From a virus (taxonomy: Duplodnaviria; Caudoviricetes): a DNA stretch of 60,177 nucleotides. Made by a program: the position numbers and the translations under genes. Shown piece after piece: positions 38,509 through 47,776 of the stretch. The stretch covers positions 1 through 60,177 of the IMG/VR virus record IMGVR_UViG_3300049197_000009, one strand, 5' to 3'. Numbering within the stretch: position 1 is the stretch's first letter; every line of letters starts with the position of its first letter. The notes under the pieces were generated by a model, which worked only from the letters and a program-made list of their open reading frames with translations, was not told the origin of the DNA and ran no database searches.

Positions 38509-38791
38509 TCGCGTAGGGAAGGGCGCCTAACCAACATAGGGAGGCCATTTGAGTTTGAAAGAGAACGCGCTTCAGAGGTTGGTCGAGTATCGCGCTGCAC
38601 ACCTGGTTGTAAAAACTGCGCCCGAGGGAAAGAAATCTCAGGCGATCAGGCAGCGCGAGAAAGCCCATAGCGATTTGCTGCTAGCGGCAGAACTCTACGA
38701 AAAGCACGTCAAGCCTGATCGCTGAAAGGAAGCATGGACACCAACATACGACTTCGCCAGCCGCACGAGCTGGCCAACCAAAACGAAGGGG

Positions 38792-39046
38792 ATGAAGATG
38801 ACACAGTACAACCCGAATCAACTGCTGGACACGATGCTCGACAATCTGTGCTTGAAGAATGATGCGGCGCTGTCGCGTGCGCTGGATGTGGCGCCACCTG
38901 TTATCTCGAAGGTAAGGCACCACCGCTTGCCGGTCGGCGCATCGATGCTGATCCGTATGCACGAAGTGACCGACATCCCGATCCGCGACCTCCGCGCCTT
39001 GATGGGCGACGTTGCACCGAAATTCCGCGCCGCTGCACTCGGCTGA
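38792..39046 (+). CDS. HTH protein of a family recalled from Oxalobacteraceae genomes
   Basis: LKNDAALSRAL.VAPPVISK.RH.RLPVGAS.LIRMHE. Confidence 0.7.
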   Translation: MKMTQYNPNQLLDTMLDNLCLKNDAALSRALDVAPPVISKVRHHRLPVGASMLIRMHEVTDIPIRDLRALMGDVAPKFRAAALG

Positions 39047-39098
39047 CAAAACAAAAGGCCGGATGTCAGATATCCGGCCTTCACAAAACGAGGAACAC

Positions 39099-39311
39099 AT
39101 GAACCGCATTGTATCCGATTTTAGCCAGTCCGCGCCGCACGTCCGTGCGCCATCTCACACTTCGGCGTTTTCGTCCGAGGCAATCGCTGATGGCCTGCTG
39201 GCCGACATGCAAGCACTGATCGCAGATCGCACCGCTCGCCAGCGCTACTACCGGGATCACCAGTTCTGCATAGCGGAAGCTGCGGGCGAAGTTGTGGCGA
39301 GGGAGGTATAA
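39099..39311 (+). CDS. Hypothetical protein
   Basis: SD GAGGA. Confidence 0.5.
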   Translation: MNRIVSDFSQSAPHVRAPSHTSAFSSEAIADGLLADMQALIADRTARQRYYRDHQFCIAEAAGEVVAREV

Positions 39312-39313
39312 AA

Positions 39314-39808
39314 ATGCTCGCTCCAATCAATGTCAAAGATATGAAGGTGAGGCTGTCTTATGACGGCGAGACTGGGATATTCACTTACAAAAATGGGAGA
39401 AAATCGGGCCAACGCGCTGGCTGTTTGAACGGGCAAGGTTATCGCCGTTTGTGTATTCGATCAACATATATTGCCGAGCATCGGGCGGCATGGGCGATGC
39501 ACTATGGTTCCTTTCCAGGCGAAATTCTTGATCACATTAACGGGATCAAGAGTGACAACAGAATTTGCAACCTGCGCTTAGCAACGCCATCTCAAAATGT
39601 CGCCAACCGTGGGCTGAAATCCAACAACACGAGTGGGCTAAAGGGGATAACTAAGCTGCCGCATGGTCGCTGGCAGGCGCAAATTCGAATAGACGGAAAA
39701 TCAAAGTACCTAGGCTCCTTTGATACCAAGGAAGACGCTGCGGCAGCATACGCAGTGGTGGCTGGGCGTGCCTTTGGTGAGTTCCACAATTCAGGGATTG
39801 CATCATGA
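39314..39808 (+). CDS. HNH endonuclease with AP2 domain (homing type)
   Basis: DHINGIKSDNRICNLR; SG.KG...WQAQI...YLG.F. Confidence 0.9.
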   Translation: MLAPINVKDMKVRLSYDGETGIFTYKNGRKSGQRAGCLNGQGYRRLCIRSTYIAEHRAAWAMHYGSFPGEILDHINGIKSDNRICNLRLATPSQNVANRGLKSNNTSGLKGITKLPHGRWQAQIRIDGKSKYLGSFDTKEDAAAAYAVVAGRAFGEFHNSGIAS

Positions 39809-40230
39809 CCAAGCCACTCCAATCCATCCACGCCACCCGCGTCCCAAGCAATCACACCGCATCATATCGCGCCTCCGAGCACATCTACGAGCGCGGCCCG
39901 ACCCTCGCCGCTGACCTGTTCGCCGCTGGCTATTTCGGCGCGAAGAAATTCAATCGCAACGCCACGCTTGAACGCGCCATCGCAAGCGGCTGGTTGATCG
40001 AGTGCGACGACAAGATCGACATCAGCCCGTTCGCCCGAAAGCACTTCGACCAGATCGAGCGGCCCGAGACGCCAAAGCAGAAGGGTGAGATCGCAGCCAA
40101 GCGCGAGTACAACGCCTACTTGCAGCCGCCGCTGTCGAAGCGATATCTCACGAGCTCGCGCGGAACCCGTGACGATGCGCCTACCTGGTCGCATCGCGGC
40201 TCCGATCATCACTTCTTTACGCAGGCGTGA
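39805..40230 (+). CDS. Hypothetical protein
   Basis: ATGA-coupled. Confidence 0.55.
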   Translation: MTKPLQSIHATRVPSNHTASYRASEHIYERGPTLAADLFAAGYFGAKKFNRNATLERAIASGWLIECDDKIDISPFARKHFDQIERPETPKQKGEIAAKREYNAYLQPPLSKRYLTSSRGTRDDAPTWSHRGSDHHFFTQA

Positions 40231-40514
40231 CTATGGATACGTTCAAGGTTGGCGAGGTGGCTGTTACGCAAAACTCCGAAACAGGCACCCTTAGTAATGG
40301 AAGTGAAGTTCTGATTATCGGCGGGCTCAATAACTATCAACTAGTGAAGCACGGGGATATTGTTGTTTTCGGCTACGAAGTGCAGTCAAGCGACGGCGCA
40401 TTCTGGCTCGCTAAGCCAAATCAACTCCGCAAGATACGCCCGCCCGCGACCGGTCTCGAATCCATTCTGGCACTTTTTAAGCCAATGCCGCAGCGCGAAG
40501 GGGTGGCGGCATGA
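40227..40514 (+). CDS. Hypothetical SH3-like protein
   Basis: FKVGEVA...LRKI. Confidence 0.5.
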   Translation: MTMDTFKVGEVAVTQNSETGTLSNGSEVLIIGGLNNYQLVKHGDIVVFGYEVQSSDGAFWLAKPNQLRKIRPPATGLESILALFKPMPQREGVAA

Positions 40515-40912
40515 GTGCCATCGAAATCGAAGAATTAAAGGCGCTCGCACTCGCGGCATCGCCAGGACCGTGGGGAACCGCGTTTGATCGCTACATCATT
40601 CCCGCCTCGCACCTAGGGCGAAGAATCGGCGGCAGCACAAATCCACATGATGATTTCGAGAACTTTGCTCATGTGATTGCAGAGGCGCGTTGCAAGTACC
40701 TCCCGATCCGCGCCAATGCGACGTACATCGCCGCCGCCAACCCTGCTGTAGTCCTTGTGCTGCTGGCCGATCTCGCCGCCGCCCGCGCGTTACTGGCCGA
40801 CATTGCGGATAACGAGACCAGGCATCAGGACGCTTTCGATGCTGGGGAAGATGACTGCCCACCAGCGGGCTTTGCTGAACGCATCCGCGCACTGCTGAAA
40901 GATGGTGCGTGA
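40511..40912 (+). CDS. Ead/Ea22-like protein
   Basis: LA.AA.PGPW...NA.YIAAANP..VL.LL. Confidence 0.75.
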   Translation: MSAIEIEELKALALAASPGPWGTAFDRYIIPASHLGRRIGGSTNPHDDFENFAHVIAEARCKYLPIRANATYIAAANPAVVLVLLADLAAARALLADIADNETRHQDAFDAGEDDCPPAGFAERIRALLKDGA

Positions 40913-41118
40913 TGGAATTCAACGCCCGAGAACTGAGGATGTACGAGGCACTGAAGCGCATCGCCTCGTACGACAGCGTGGAGCGCATCAAACGCGATGC
41001 AGGGAAGCGTTACGGCCTGCTTAACGATGAAGCTGTTGAAATGGCTTACGAGAACGTCATAGCCGAGGCTACAGCCGCTACACGCGGCATGCATGGCCCG
41101 AAGGCGAAAAAACCATGA
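40909..41118 (+). CDS. Hypothetical protein
   Basis: Coupled ORF. Confidence 0.55.
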   Translation: MMEFNARELRMYEALKRIASYDSVERIKRDAGKRYGLLNDEAVEMAYENVIAEATAATRGMHGPKAKKP

Positions 41119-41281
41119 CCCGCCACCTCCTAGCACTCCTCGTCTCGCTCATGGGCATTCCGCTGATGCACTTGCTCGGCCCGCTCGGCGTGTTCCTGGT
41201 AGGAGCGGCCACCATTCTTGTTGCCAGCCTCTACGCCGCAAAACTCTGCTGGACTTGCCCACTCTGGAAGGAGAATCAGAA

Positions 41282-41521
41282 ATGACTCATATCCGCGTTC
41301 ATATGTATGACACCGGAGAGGCGCGGCTAATCGGCATTGCGCAGATTTGGACCGTAATGCCAGCCACGTTCCCATCCGCGAAGTCTGTCGTTGCTATTGG
41401 CGCGTCGCTTAGCTGGTTCGTGCGCGAAACCGTGGAGGAAATTGAAGCGCTTCTACTGGCCGCAGCGGAGCCGCATTGGTCCAAAGCTTTTGTCAACGGC
41501 GCTGTGGCGATTACTGCATGA
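41282..41521 (+). CDS. Hypothetical protein
   Basis: SD AAGGAG; VRETVEEI. Confidence 0.5.
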   Translation: MTHIRVHMYDTGEARLIGIAQIWTVMPATFPSAKSVVAIGASLSWFVRETVEEIEALLLAAAEPHWSKAFVNGAVAITA

Positions 41522-41721
41522 GCGCCCCGACCGCAATCGCTGCCCATATGGCCGAACTGCGCACAGAGAACGAAGCACTTCGGCGCGCAAACATTGACCT
41601 GAGCAACGAGCTCGCGCGGCGCATGTCGCAGATCACCACGCTGAACCGCGAGATTGCCGTGATGCGCGCAATGCAAGTCGTGGTCGATGCGCGAGCAATG
41701 GTGCAATGCAACCGCTTGTGA
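41518..41721 (+). CDS. Small coiled-coil protein
   Basis: ATGA-coupled. Confidence 0.5.
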   Translation: MSAPTAIAAHMAELRTENEALRRANIDLSNELARRMSQITTLNREIAVMRAMQVVVDARAMVQCNRL

Positions 41722-41727
41722 GGCCGT

Positions 41728-42084
41728 ATGCCCAACTTCACTACACCCGAGGCAATCGAAATGATGAACAAGATTGAAGCGATTATCCGCGAACGATGCG
41801 GCGCGAACAGTTACCAGCTTGGCGAGGCGCTATTTCGCTCGCCGGCTACCGTCTGCGGCTACTTAAACGAAATGTGGAAACAGGGCCGCATCACGATGCA
41901 GATCGTCGCCACGAACAAAGCCCCGGCGTTTTGGGTGGCTGGGTCTGATCCGAGCGCGCGTAGGAAACCGAATACCTCGGTGGAATGCCAAGTCACGGTA
42001 AAGACCTGGCCGCCGCATCACAAGCGCGGCGTGCTCGAATGCCTGTGGTGGGGTGTGCCGGCCGCAATGGTGGTGAATCAATGA
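41728..42084 (+). CDS. Winged-HTH-like hypothetical protein
   Basis: HTH-like spacing; SD GAGG. Confidence 0.55.
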   Translation: MPNFTTPEAIEMMNKIEAIIRERCGANSYQLGEALFRSPATVCGYLNEMWKQGRITMQIVATNKAPAFWVAGSDPSARRKPNTSVECQVTVKTWPPHHKRGVLECLWWGVPAAMVVNQ

Positions 42085-42241
42085 ATGGCGCGGGTACGAC
42101 TAGCCACAAGCTGACCCCGCACACGGTCAACATCGGCATGACGACGAAGATGCGCCAGTGCGTGGCTTGTCGCATCCGAAGGTCGATAACTCAATTCGCA
42201 GGCGATTGCCCGAAGTGCATTCGTTGCCAAAGGCGTGGCGC

Positions 42242-42646
42242 ATGAAAAGGTCAGGGTTCAACGCCCGAACTAGCGGCCTAAAACCCGCCTCGTTCAAGCG
42301 CAGCGAGCGCAAGGAAGCGACCGCCGTCAAGCGCATGAAGACTTCGCGCCCGAAGATGACGCCGATACGCAAGAGCGCCAAGGACGAGGATTGCACGCTG
42401 CACTTCCCATGTTGCAATTTCGATCCGGCGACGACCGTGTGGGCGCACTCGAACAGCCACCTAGACGGCAAGGGCGCGGGCATCAAGGCGCGCGACGAAG
42501 AGGGCTGCTACGCCTGTAGTGCATGTCACTCGTGGCTCGATGGCGGCTACGCGGGCCACATGGAGCGCAGCCTGGTTGACAGCTATTTCAACAATGCCAG
42601 GCGAGTTAGCCAAGGCATCTTGCGCGCAAAGGGGCTAATCGAATGA
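42242..42646 (+). CDS. DUF1364-like nuclease-domain protein
   Basis: SAK.E.CTL...C..DP.TTVWAH...G.G.K..D...YACS.CH.W.DG. Confidence 0.85.
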   Translation: MKRSGFNARTSGLKPASFKRSERKEATAVKRMKTSRPKMTPIRKSAKDEDCTLHFPCCNFDPATTVWAHSNSHLDGKGAGIKARDEEGCYACSACHSWLDGGYAGHMERSLVDSYFNNARRVSQGILRAKGLIE

Positions 42647-42936
42647 TCAAGTACCGCCTTACCCAATGCGCAGCCGCCCCAATCGAGCCCGTTGAAGTCA
42701 TCAGCGAGACCGCAACGGCTTACCTGATCCGAGAACAGTGCAAAGGTGCCGCCCGCATCCGCAACGAGCGCAAGAAGTCGTTGATGCACAGCTACCACGA
42801 GTCGTGGCCCGCAGCGCACGCCGCCCTGGTTGAGTCGGCGGAACGCAAGGTAAGCACTGCAAACAAGGTGCTTGCCGAAACCAAAGAGCGCCTTGCAATC
42901 GTCAAGGCCATGAAACAACCGGCTGCAAAGCCATAA
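42643..42936 (+). CDS. Hypothetical protein (paralog of 43789-44070)
   Basis: IE.V.V..ET...YH.SW..AHA.L...AE. Confidence 0.65.
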   Translation: MIKYRLTQCAAAPIEPVEVISETATAYLIREQCKGAARIRNERKKSLMHSYHESWPAAHAALVESAERKVSTANKVLAETKERLAIVKAMKQPAAKP

Positions 42937-42949
42937 CAAGGGGAATGCA

Positions 42950-43792
42950 ATGACAAGTACAGGAGCGGTATCGCTAAAGGTAATGGCGGAGAAGAAGGAG
43001 GCGGGTGTATCGAAGACGACGAACTTCGCAGTCGATCCGCGCATCATGGAAGTGGAGGAAGGGTTTAACGGACGCCCGATTGATCCGGCACACGTGCGCG
43101 CAATTGCGGACTCGCTGATTGGCGGGGCCACGCTGCCGCCGCTCGAAGTGCGCGTCGAGAACGGTCGCGTGATCGTGGTTGATGGACATCACCGCCGTGA
43201 GGGCGCTTTGCTGGCGATCAGCGAAGGCGCTGAAATCGTCGCACTCGACTGCCGCCAATTCCGGGGCAATGACGCCGACCGCGTGATGCTAATGATCACC
43301 AGCCAGCAGGGCTTGCCAATGACGCCGCTGCAATTGGGCGTCCAGTACCGCAAGATGCTCGGCTTCGGCTGGACCGCATCACAGATCGCCAAGCGCTGCG
43401 GCAAATCCGCGAACCACGTCAACGACATGATCGCGCTGGCCGAATCGAACAGCGATGTTCAAGGCATGGTCACACGCGGCGAAGTCTCCGCAACTACCGC
43501 GCTGAAGGTCGTCAAAGCCAAGGGCCAGGATGCAGGCAAGGCGCTCGCCGGCCACTTGGAGGCAGCCAAGGCAGCAGGCAAAGCCAAAGTCACGCCACAG
43601 GTCGTCGCTGGCTGGCCAAAGCAGGATCGCGTCGCGTCTATCAAGGCGGAAATCGCTGCCGAGGACTTCGTCAAGGCCATTAAGCGCGAGATTGCGACGA
43701 GTGGTGAGGAGCGCGTCGAGGATTCCTGTCCGGCTTACGCTGACCTGGTTGCGTATCTGCGCGGGACGGCGAAGCAGTTGGAGGCGGCATGA
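42950..43792 (+). CDS. ParB/Srx N-terminal domain protein with HTH
   Basis: PPLEV...VVDGHHR; IAKRCGKS. Confidence 0.85.
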   Translation: MTSTGAVSLKVMAEKKEAGVSKTTNFAVDPRIMEVEEGFNGRPIDPAHVRAIADSLIGGATLPPLEVRVENGRVIVVDGHHRREGALLAISEGAEIVALDCRQFRGNDADRVMLMITSQQGLPMTPLQLGVQYRKMLGFGWTASQIAKRCGKSANHVNDMIALAESNSDVQGMVTRGEVSATTALKVVKAKGQDAGKALAGHLEAAKAAGKAKVTPQVVAGWPKQDRVASIKAEIAAEDFVKAIKREIATSGEERVEDSCPAYADLVAYLRGTAKQLEAA

Positions 43793-44070
43793 GCGCACCA
43801 ATCAGAAAGTACAAAACCAACTTCTCAAGGAATCGAATTGAGCAAGTTGCAGTTGATCGCGAAACAAAAACCTCAGTTTTCATTGGAACTACTCGCTGCG
43901 CCAAAGTCGGTTCCTACGCCGCATATCACGATTCCTGGGATGAGGCGCACGCGTTCCTAATGTCGAGTGCCGAAAGTGAAGTTGGACAGGCTCGCCTACG
44001 CCTGGAAACAGCAAACGGCAAACTCGGCAACATCAAAGGCATGAAAGCACCTCAAGGAGATACGGCATGA
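43789..44070 (+). CDS. Hypothetical protein (paralog of 42643-42936)
   Basis: Shared motifs; coupled. Confidence 0.65.
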   Translation: MSAPIRKYKTNFSRNRIEQVAVDRETKTSVFIGTTRCAKVGSYAAYHDSWDEAHAFLMSSAESEVGQARLRLETANGKLGNIKGMKAPQGDTA

Positions 44071-44426
44071 GCAACATCACCACCTTTCAACAGCGCGTCC
44101 AAGAGCGCATCGCTGAAACCATTGCAGACCTCGTGCCGGAAGAGGACCTCGCCAAGATGGTTGCGGAACAGGTCGCGCACTTTCAGCGCCACACGCTGCC
44201 GGAACTGATCAAGACCGAGATCACGAAGCAAATGGCTGAGGCGATCAAAGTGGAATTCAGCAAGCCTGAGTACAGGCCCGTCTACAACCAATTCACTGGG
44301 AGCGGCGCGAGCGAGGCCGTCACCAAACTCATCACCGAAAACGCCGGGGCAATTCTTCACAACATGCTGGGCGGCGCGATTCAGCAAACGGTGTACCAGA
44401 TGCAGCAAAACCTGCCGCGATATTAA
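44067..44426 (+). CDS. Hypothetical protein
   Basis: SD AAGGAG; coupled. Confidence 0.6.
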   Translation: MSNITTFQQRVQERIAETIADLVPEEDLAKMVAEQVAHFQRHTLPELIKTEITKQMAEAIKVEFSKPEYRPVYNQFTGSGASEAVTKLITENAGAILHNMLGGAIQQTVYQMQQNLPRY

Positions 44427-44517
44427 AAGTCGGACCTCGGAAGGTTGCACCCGACCGAGATCCTGTCAAAACCTCAGGGGAAGTTATGAGTAAAGAAATG
44501 ATAGCAGAGGTGCGGTT

Positions 44518-45189
44518 ATGACTATTGAAAAGGTAGTTATAGGGGGGGGCACGATGTATCGCGCTGATTGCAAGGATGTGCTGCCGCTCATTGGCAAAGT
44601 AGACGCCGTAATTTCCGATCCTCCTTATGGCCTTGGAAAGCGCATGCAGGGTGGCACCTGGGGCGCCAAACAAGAATTTAAGGAAATGGTCGTTTGGGAC
44701 AACGCTCCGCCGACCGTCGATTTCCTGCTCTCGCTGGCGGCGCTGGCCGATACGTGCGTGTTCTGGGGCGGGAACTATTACGGACTGCCACCAACCCGCT
44801 GCTGGCTCGTATGGGACAAGCAAAACGCGGTACCAACGATGGCCGACTGTGAATTGGCGTGGACCAGCCTTGACGCTAATACGAAGCGAAAAAGCCATCC
44901 AGTAGGCCGAGTCTTGCACGGGCATCCATCAGAGAAACCATTGCCAATCATGGCATGGACGCTCCAAGTAGTGAGGGCGTCCGGTACCGTATTTGACCCG
45001 TACATGGGAAGCGGAACTACCGGCGTAGCGGCAATCGAGGCTGGATGCGAATTCATCGGCATTGAGCGCGACCCGAAGTATTTCGACATCGCCTGCAAGC
45101 GCATCGAGCAAGCCGTCGCACAGGGCCAGTTATTCGCGCCTGCGCCGCCGAAACAAGTGCAGCTTGATGCGTTTTTGGAGGCCTTATGA
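44518..45189 (+). CDS. Beta-class N6A/N4C DNA methyltransferase 1 (in-frame G8 tract)
   Basis: DPPY, HPSEKP, DPYMGSGTTG. Confidence 0.92.
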   Translation: MTIEKVVIGGGTMYRADCKDVLPLIGKVDAVISDPPYGLGKRMQGGTWGAKQEFKEMVVWDNAPPTVDFLLSLAALADTCVFWGGNYYGLPPTRCWLVWDKQNAVPTMADCELAWTSLDANTKRKSHPVGRVLHGHPSEKPLPIMAWTLQVVRASGTVFDPYMGSGTTGVAAIEAGCEFIGIERDPKYFDIACKRIEQAVAQGQLFAPAPPKQVQLDAFLEAL

Positions 45190-45891
45190 CCGACAACAGA
45201 ATCATTGTGGGGGGGGGCTACCATGTTGAACTGTGACTGCATGGACTACCTCAAGACGTGCGCAGATAAGTCATTCGATCTAGCCATAGTTGACCCGCCT
45301 TATGGGATCAATATTGGTGACAACAAGGCCGGCATGGGTCGCCGCAAAGGCAATAAGCGCGCCGAGTACAAGATGGGAGATTGGGACTCATCACCGCCCG
45401 AGCAGGCCTACTTTGACGAGGTTCGCCGCGTAAGTGTGAACCAGATCGTATGGGGTGCAAATCACTTCATCGATATGCTTCCGCGCCGTTCGCCGTGCTG
45501 GATCGTGTGGGACAAGCTGTTCTCGAATGAGGTCAGTTTTGCCGCCGTTGAACTTGCCTGGACATCATTCGGCACGACTGCAAAGAAATTCTCTATGTCG
45601 CCGCTGCAGGACTCGCGAATCCACCCAACGCAAAAGCCGGTGAAACTCTACCAATGCCTGCTGGCGACCTACGCTAAGCCGGGCCAACGCATCCTCGACA
45701 CACACCTCGGTAGCGGCTCAAGCGCCATCGCCGCGAATGAATACGGCTGCGAGTTTGTTGGATGCGAACTGGATGGCCACTACTTCGCGGCGGCCTGTGA
45801 GCGCATCGCTGAGGCGTACAGCCAAGTAGCGCTATTCGCGCCAGACATCCCAAAGCAAATCCAACTCGACGCATTCTCGGAGGCTCCATGA
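45186..45891 (+). CDS. Beta-class DNA methyltransferase 2; coupled start 45186 is out of frame because of a G9 tract (internal ATG at 45223)
   Basis: DPPY, HPTQKP, DTHLGSGS; removing one G fuses MTDNRIIVGG to ATMLNCDC. Confidence 0.85.
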
Positions 45892-46250
45892 GCGCGGTCA
45901 CTATTCGCATCTACCCGGATTCTTTGGCCGCAATGAACATCGAGCGCGCCGGGGCTAAATACCGTCCGGGAAACGGAACCGAGGGCGAACTATTCATCGA
46001 GAGTTGGTGCGGCCAGTGCGAGCGCGACCATGGAATGATGAAAGGCCTGCCGCTCGAAGAGTGTGACGACAACCAAGTCTGCGACATCATCGCGCGAACC
46101 TTCGCATTCAGCGTCAACGACCCGAACTATCCAGATGATTGGCAGTACGGCGCTGATGGGCAGCCGCGTTGTCACTCGTTTGTTGAGGCGGGCCACGCCA
46201 TCCCGATTAAGGATGAATTAACGGTTGATATGTTTTTGGAGGCTCCATGA
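45888..46250 (+). CDS. Cys-rich hypothetical protein (paralog of 26463-26789)
   Basis: CERDHGM.KGLPLEECDDN.VC shared. Confidence 0.75.
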   Translation: MSAVTIRIYPDSLAAMNIERAGAKYRPGNGTEGELFIESWCGQCERDHGMMKGLPLEECDDNQVCDIIARTFAFSVNDPNYPDDWQYGADGQPRCHSFVEAGHAIPIKDELTVDMFLEAP

Positions 46251-46465
46251 CAACGAAAACCCAATGCCAGCAAGTAGCCGACTATCTGCGCACTGGCGCA
46301 CCGCTGACGCCACTGGAAGCCCTTAGCCGGTTCGGGTGTAACCGTCTGGCCGCGCGCGTGGACGAGCTTCGCCACAGCGGCATGAATATCATCACAACCA
46401 TGATCGAGGTCGCCGGCGTCCACGGAAAATCTCGCGTCGCCCAATACACATTGGAGGCGCAATGA
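46247..46465 (+). CDS. Winged-helix HTH protein
   Basis: LT.LEAL..FGC.RLAARV.ELR..G..I. Confidence 0.8.
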   Translation: MTTKTQCQQVADYLRTGAPLTPLEALSRFGCNRLAARVDELRHSGMNIITTMIEVAGVHGKSRVAQYTLEAQ

Positions 46466-46887
46466 ACGAATCCGACATCCGTACCAAGCGCCGCATCGAG
46501 GCCATCAAAGCGGCCATTGCCGACCGTGGCATGACCGCCAACGAGATTTCCGATGCAATCTACATGAACCGCGTATCGGGCAACCAGTACACGCGCTACC
46601 TGCTTGACCAAGGCCGCGTCCACATTATCGACTGGCGCCGCAACGCACACACGCTGGCCGCTGTGTACCTATGGGGCGCTGGCGAGAGCAAGCCACGACC
46701 GATCCCGCTAACTCGCGTCGAGGAAAATCGCAACTTCCGTGAGCGCATCAAGAAAGACCCCGTACGGCACGCGCTGTACCTGGCTCGACTGAGGGCGCGG
46801 GATCGGGCGAATAAAGCTGCCAAGACGCCACAGGGCTGGGCGTCGGCGCTGTTTGTGGGGATGCGTGTGGAGGCGTCGAATGCGTGA
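46462..46887 (+). CDS. HTH-containing hypothetical protein
   Basis: MTANEIS.AI; coupled. Confidence 0.6.
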   Translation: MNESDIRTKRRIEAIKAAIADRGMTANEISDAIYMNRVSGNQYTRYLLDQGRVHIIDWRRNAHTLAAVYLWGAGESKPRPIPLTRVEENRNFRERIKKDPVRHALYLARLRARDRANKAAKTPQGWASALFVGMRVEASNA

Positions 46888-47776
46888 CTACGCGAAAGTA
46901 GCCCCGCAGTTCTGGACGGGGAAGACCGGCAAAGCCCTCAAGACAGCAGGCCAGGAAGCAACAATCGTCGCTATGTACCTGATGACGAGCCCTCATGCCA
47001 ACATGATCGGGGTGTATCACTGCCCTGTCGCGTACATAGCCATAGACACCGGCTTGAGCTTGGAAGGGGCTTCCAAGGGGCTTGCAAGCGCCATCGAAGC
47101 GGATTTTTGCACCTACGAGGAGGAGAGCGACTACATCTTCGTCCACGAGTTCGCCGCGTACCAGATCGGCGAGGAGATGGAGCGCAAGGACAAGCGCTGC
47201 GCCGGGGTCTGGAATGAGTTATCCAAAATCCCACGCAACCAATGTTGGTATGGGTTCGTTGAGCGTTACGGCTCCGTTTTCCACTTGCCAGATGAGGAAG
47301 AATTGGCAAGCCCCTTGCAAGGGGCTTCTAAGCCCCTACGAAGCCAGAAACAGAAACAAGAACAGAAACAAGAACAGAAACAAGAACAGAAACAAGAACA
47401 GAAACAGGAGCAAGAGCAGGAACAGAATAAATTGTCTGATTCCGATTCGATCTTCGCGGATGCGTGGGCTGCGTACCCAAAGCGCCCCGGTTCCAGTAAG
47501 GCCGATTCCCTGAAGGCTTGGAATGCCCGCATCAAGGACGGAATCGACCCGCTGCTAATCCTCGATGGCGTCACCCGCTACGCCGCGTACGTGGCGCACA
47601 ACGGGACGGAATCGAAATTCATCAAGCAGCCGGCAACCTTCTTCGGGCCAGGGAATCACTTTGAAAGCGATTGGACGATTCCTGATCGAGCAGGGGGCGG
47701 GATGCTTGGTAAGGCTGGCCAAGCCACGGCGGCGGCGGCTAAGCGCTGGCTACAGGAGGGCGGCGATGCTACCTAA
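46880..47776 (+). CDS. Replication initiator protein
   Basis: MRDYAKV.PQFW...YLMTSPHANMIG; (QKQE)n linker; F...W.AYPKR...KQPATF. Confidence 0.85.
   Translation: MRDYAKVAPQFWTGKTGKALKTAGQEATIVAMYLMTSPHANMIGVYHCPVAYIAIDTGLSLEGASKGLASAIEADFCTYEEESDYIFVHEFAAYQIGEEMERKDKRCAGVWNELSKIPRNQCWYGFVERYGSVFHLPDEEELASPLQGASKPLRSQKQKQEQKQEQKQEQKQEQKQEQEQEQNKLSDSDSIFADAWAAYPKRPGSSKADSLKAWNARIKDGIDPLLILDGVTRYAAYVAHNGTESKFIKQPATFFGPGNHFESDWTIPDRAGGGMLGKAGQATAAAAKRWLQEGGDAT
47064..47337. repeat. Iteron-like AAGGGGCTT/AAGCCCCTT repeats (probable origin)
   Basis: Copies at 47064, 47075, 47308, 47319, 47330; palindrome 47308-47327. Confidence 0.6.
47345..47425 (+). repeat. 12-bp tandem repeat CAGAAACAAGAA (4 perfect plus degenerate copies)
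   Basis: Perfect copies 47351-47398 encoding QKQE. Confidence 0.9.

Noticed and set aside
42950-43792. Plasmid-prophage partition system
   Set aside because: No ParA or protelomerase; int/xis/attP are intact
44518-45891. Restriction-modification system
   Set aside because: No adjacent cognate restriction endonuclease; they look like orphan methyltransferases
47351-47398. Frameshifting contingency repeat or CRISPR
   Set aside because: 12-bp unit keeps the frame and has no spacers; QE/QK linkers are common in phage initiators
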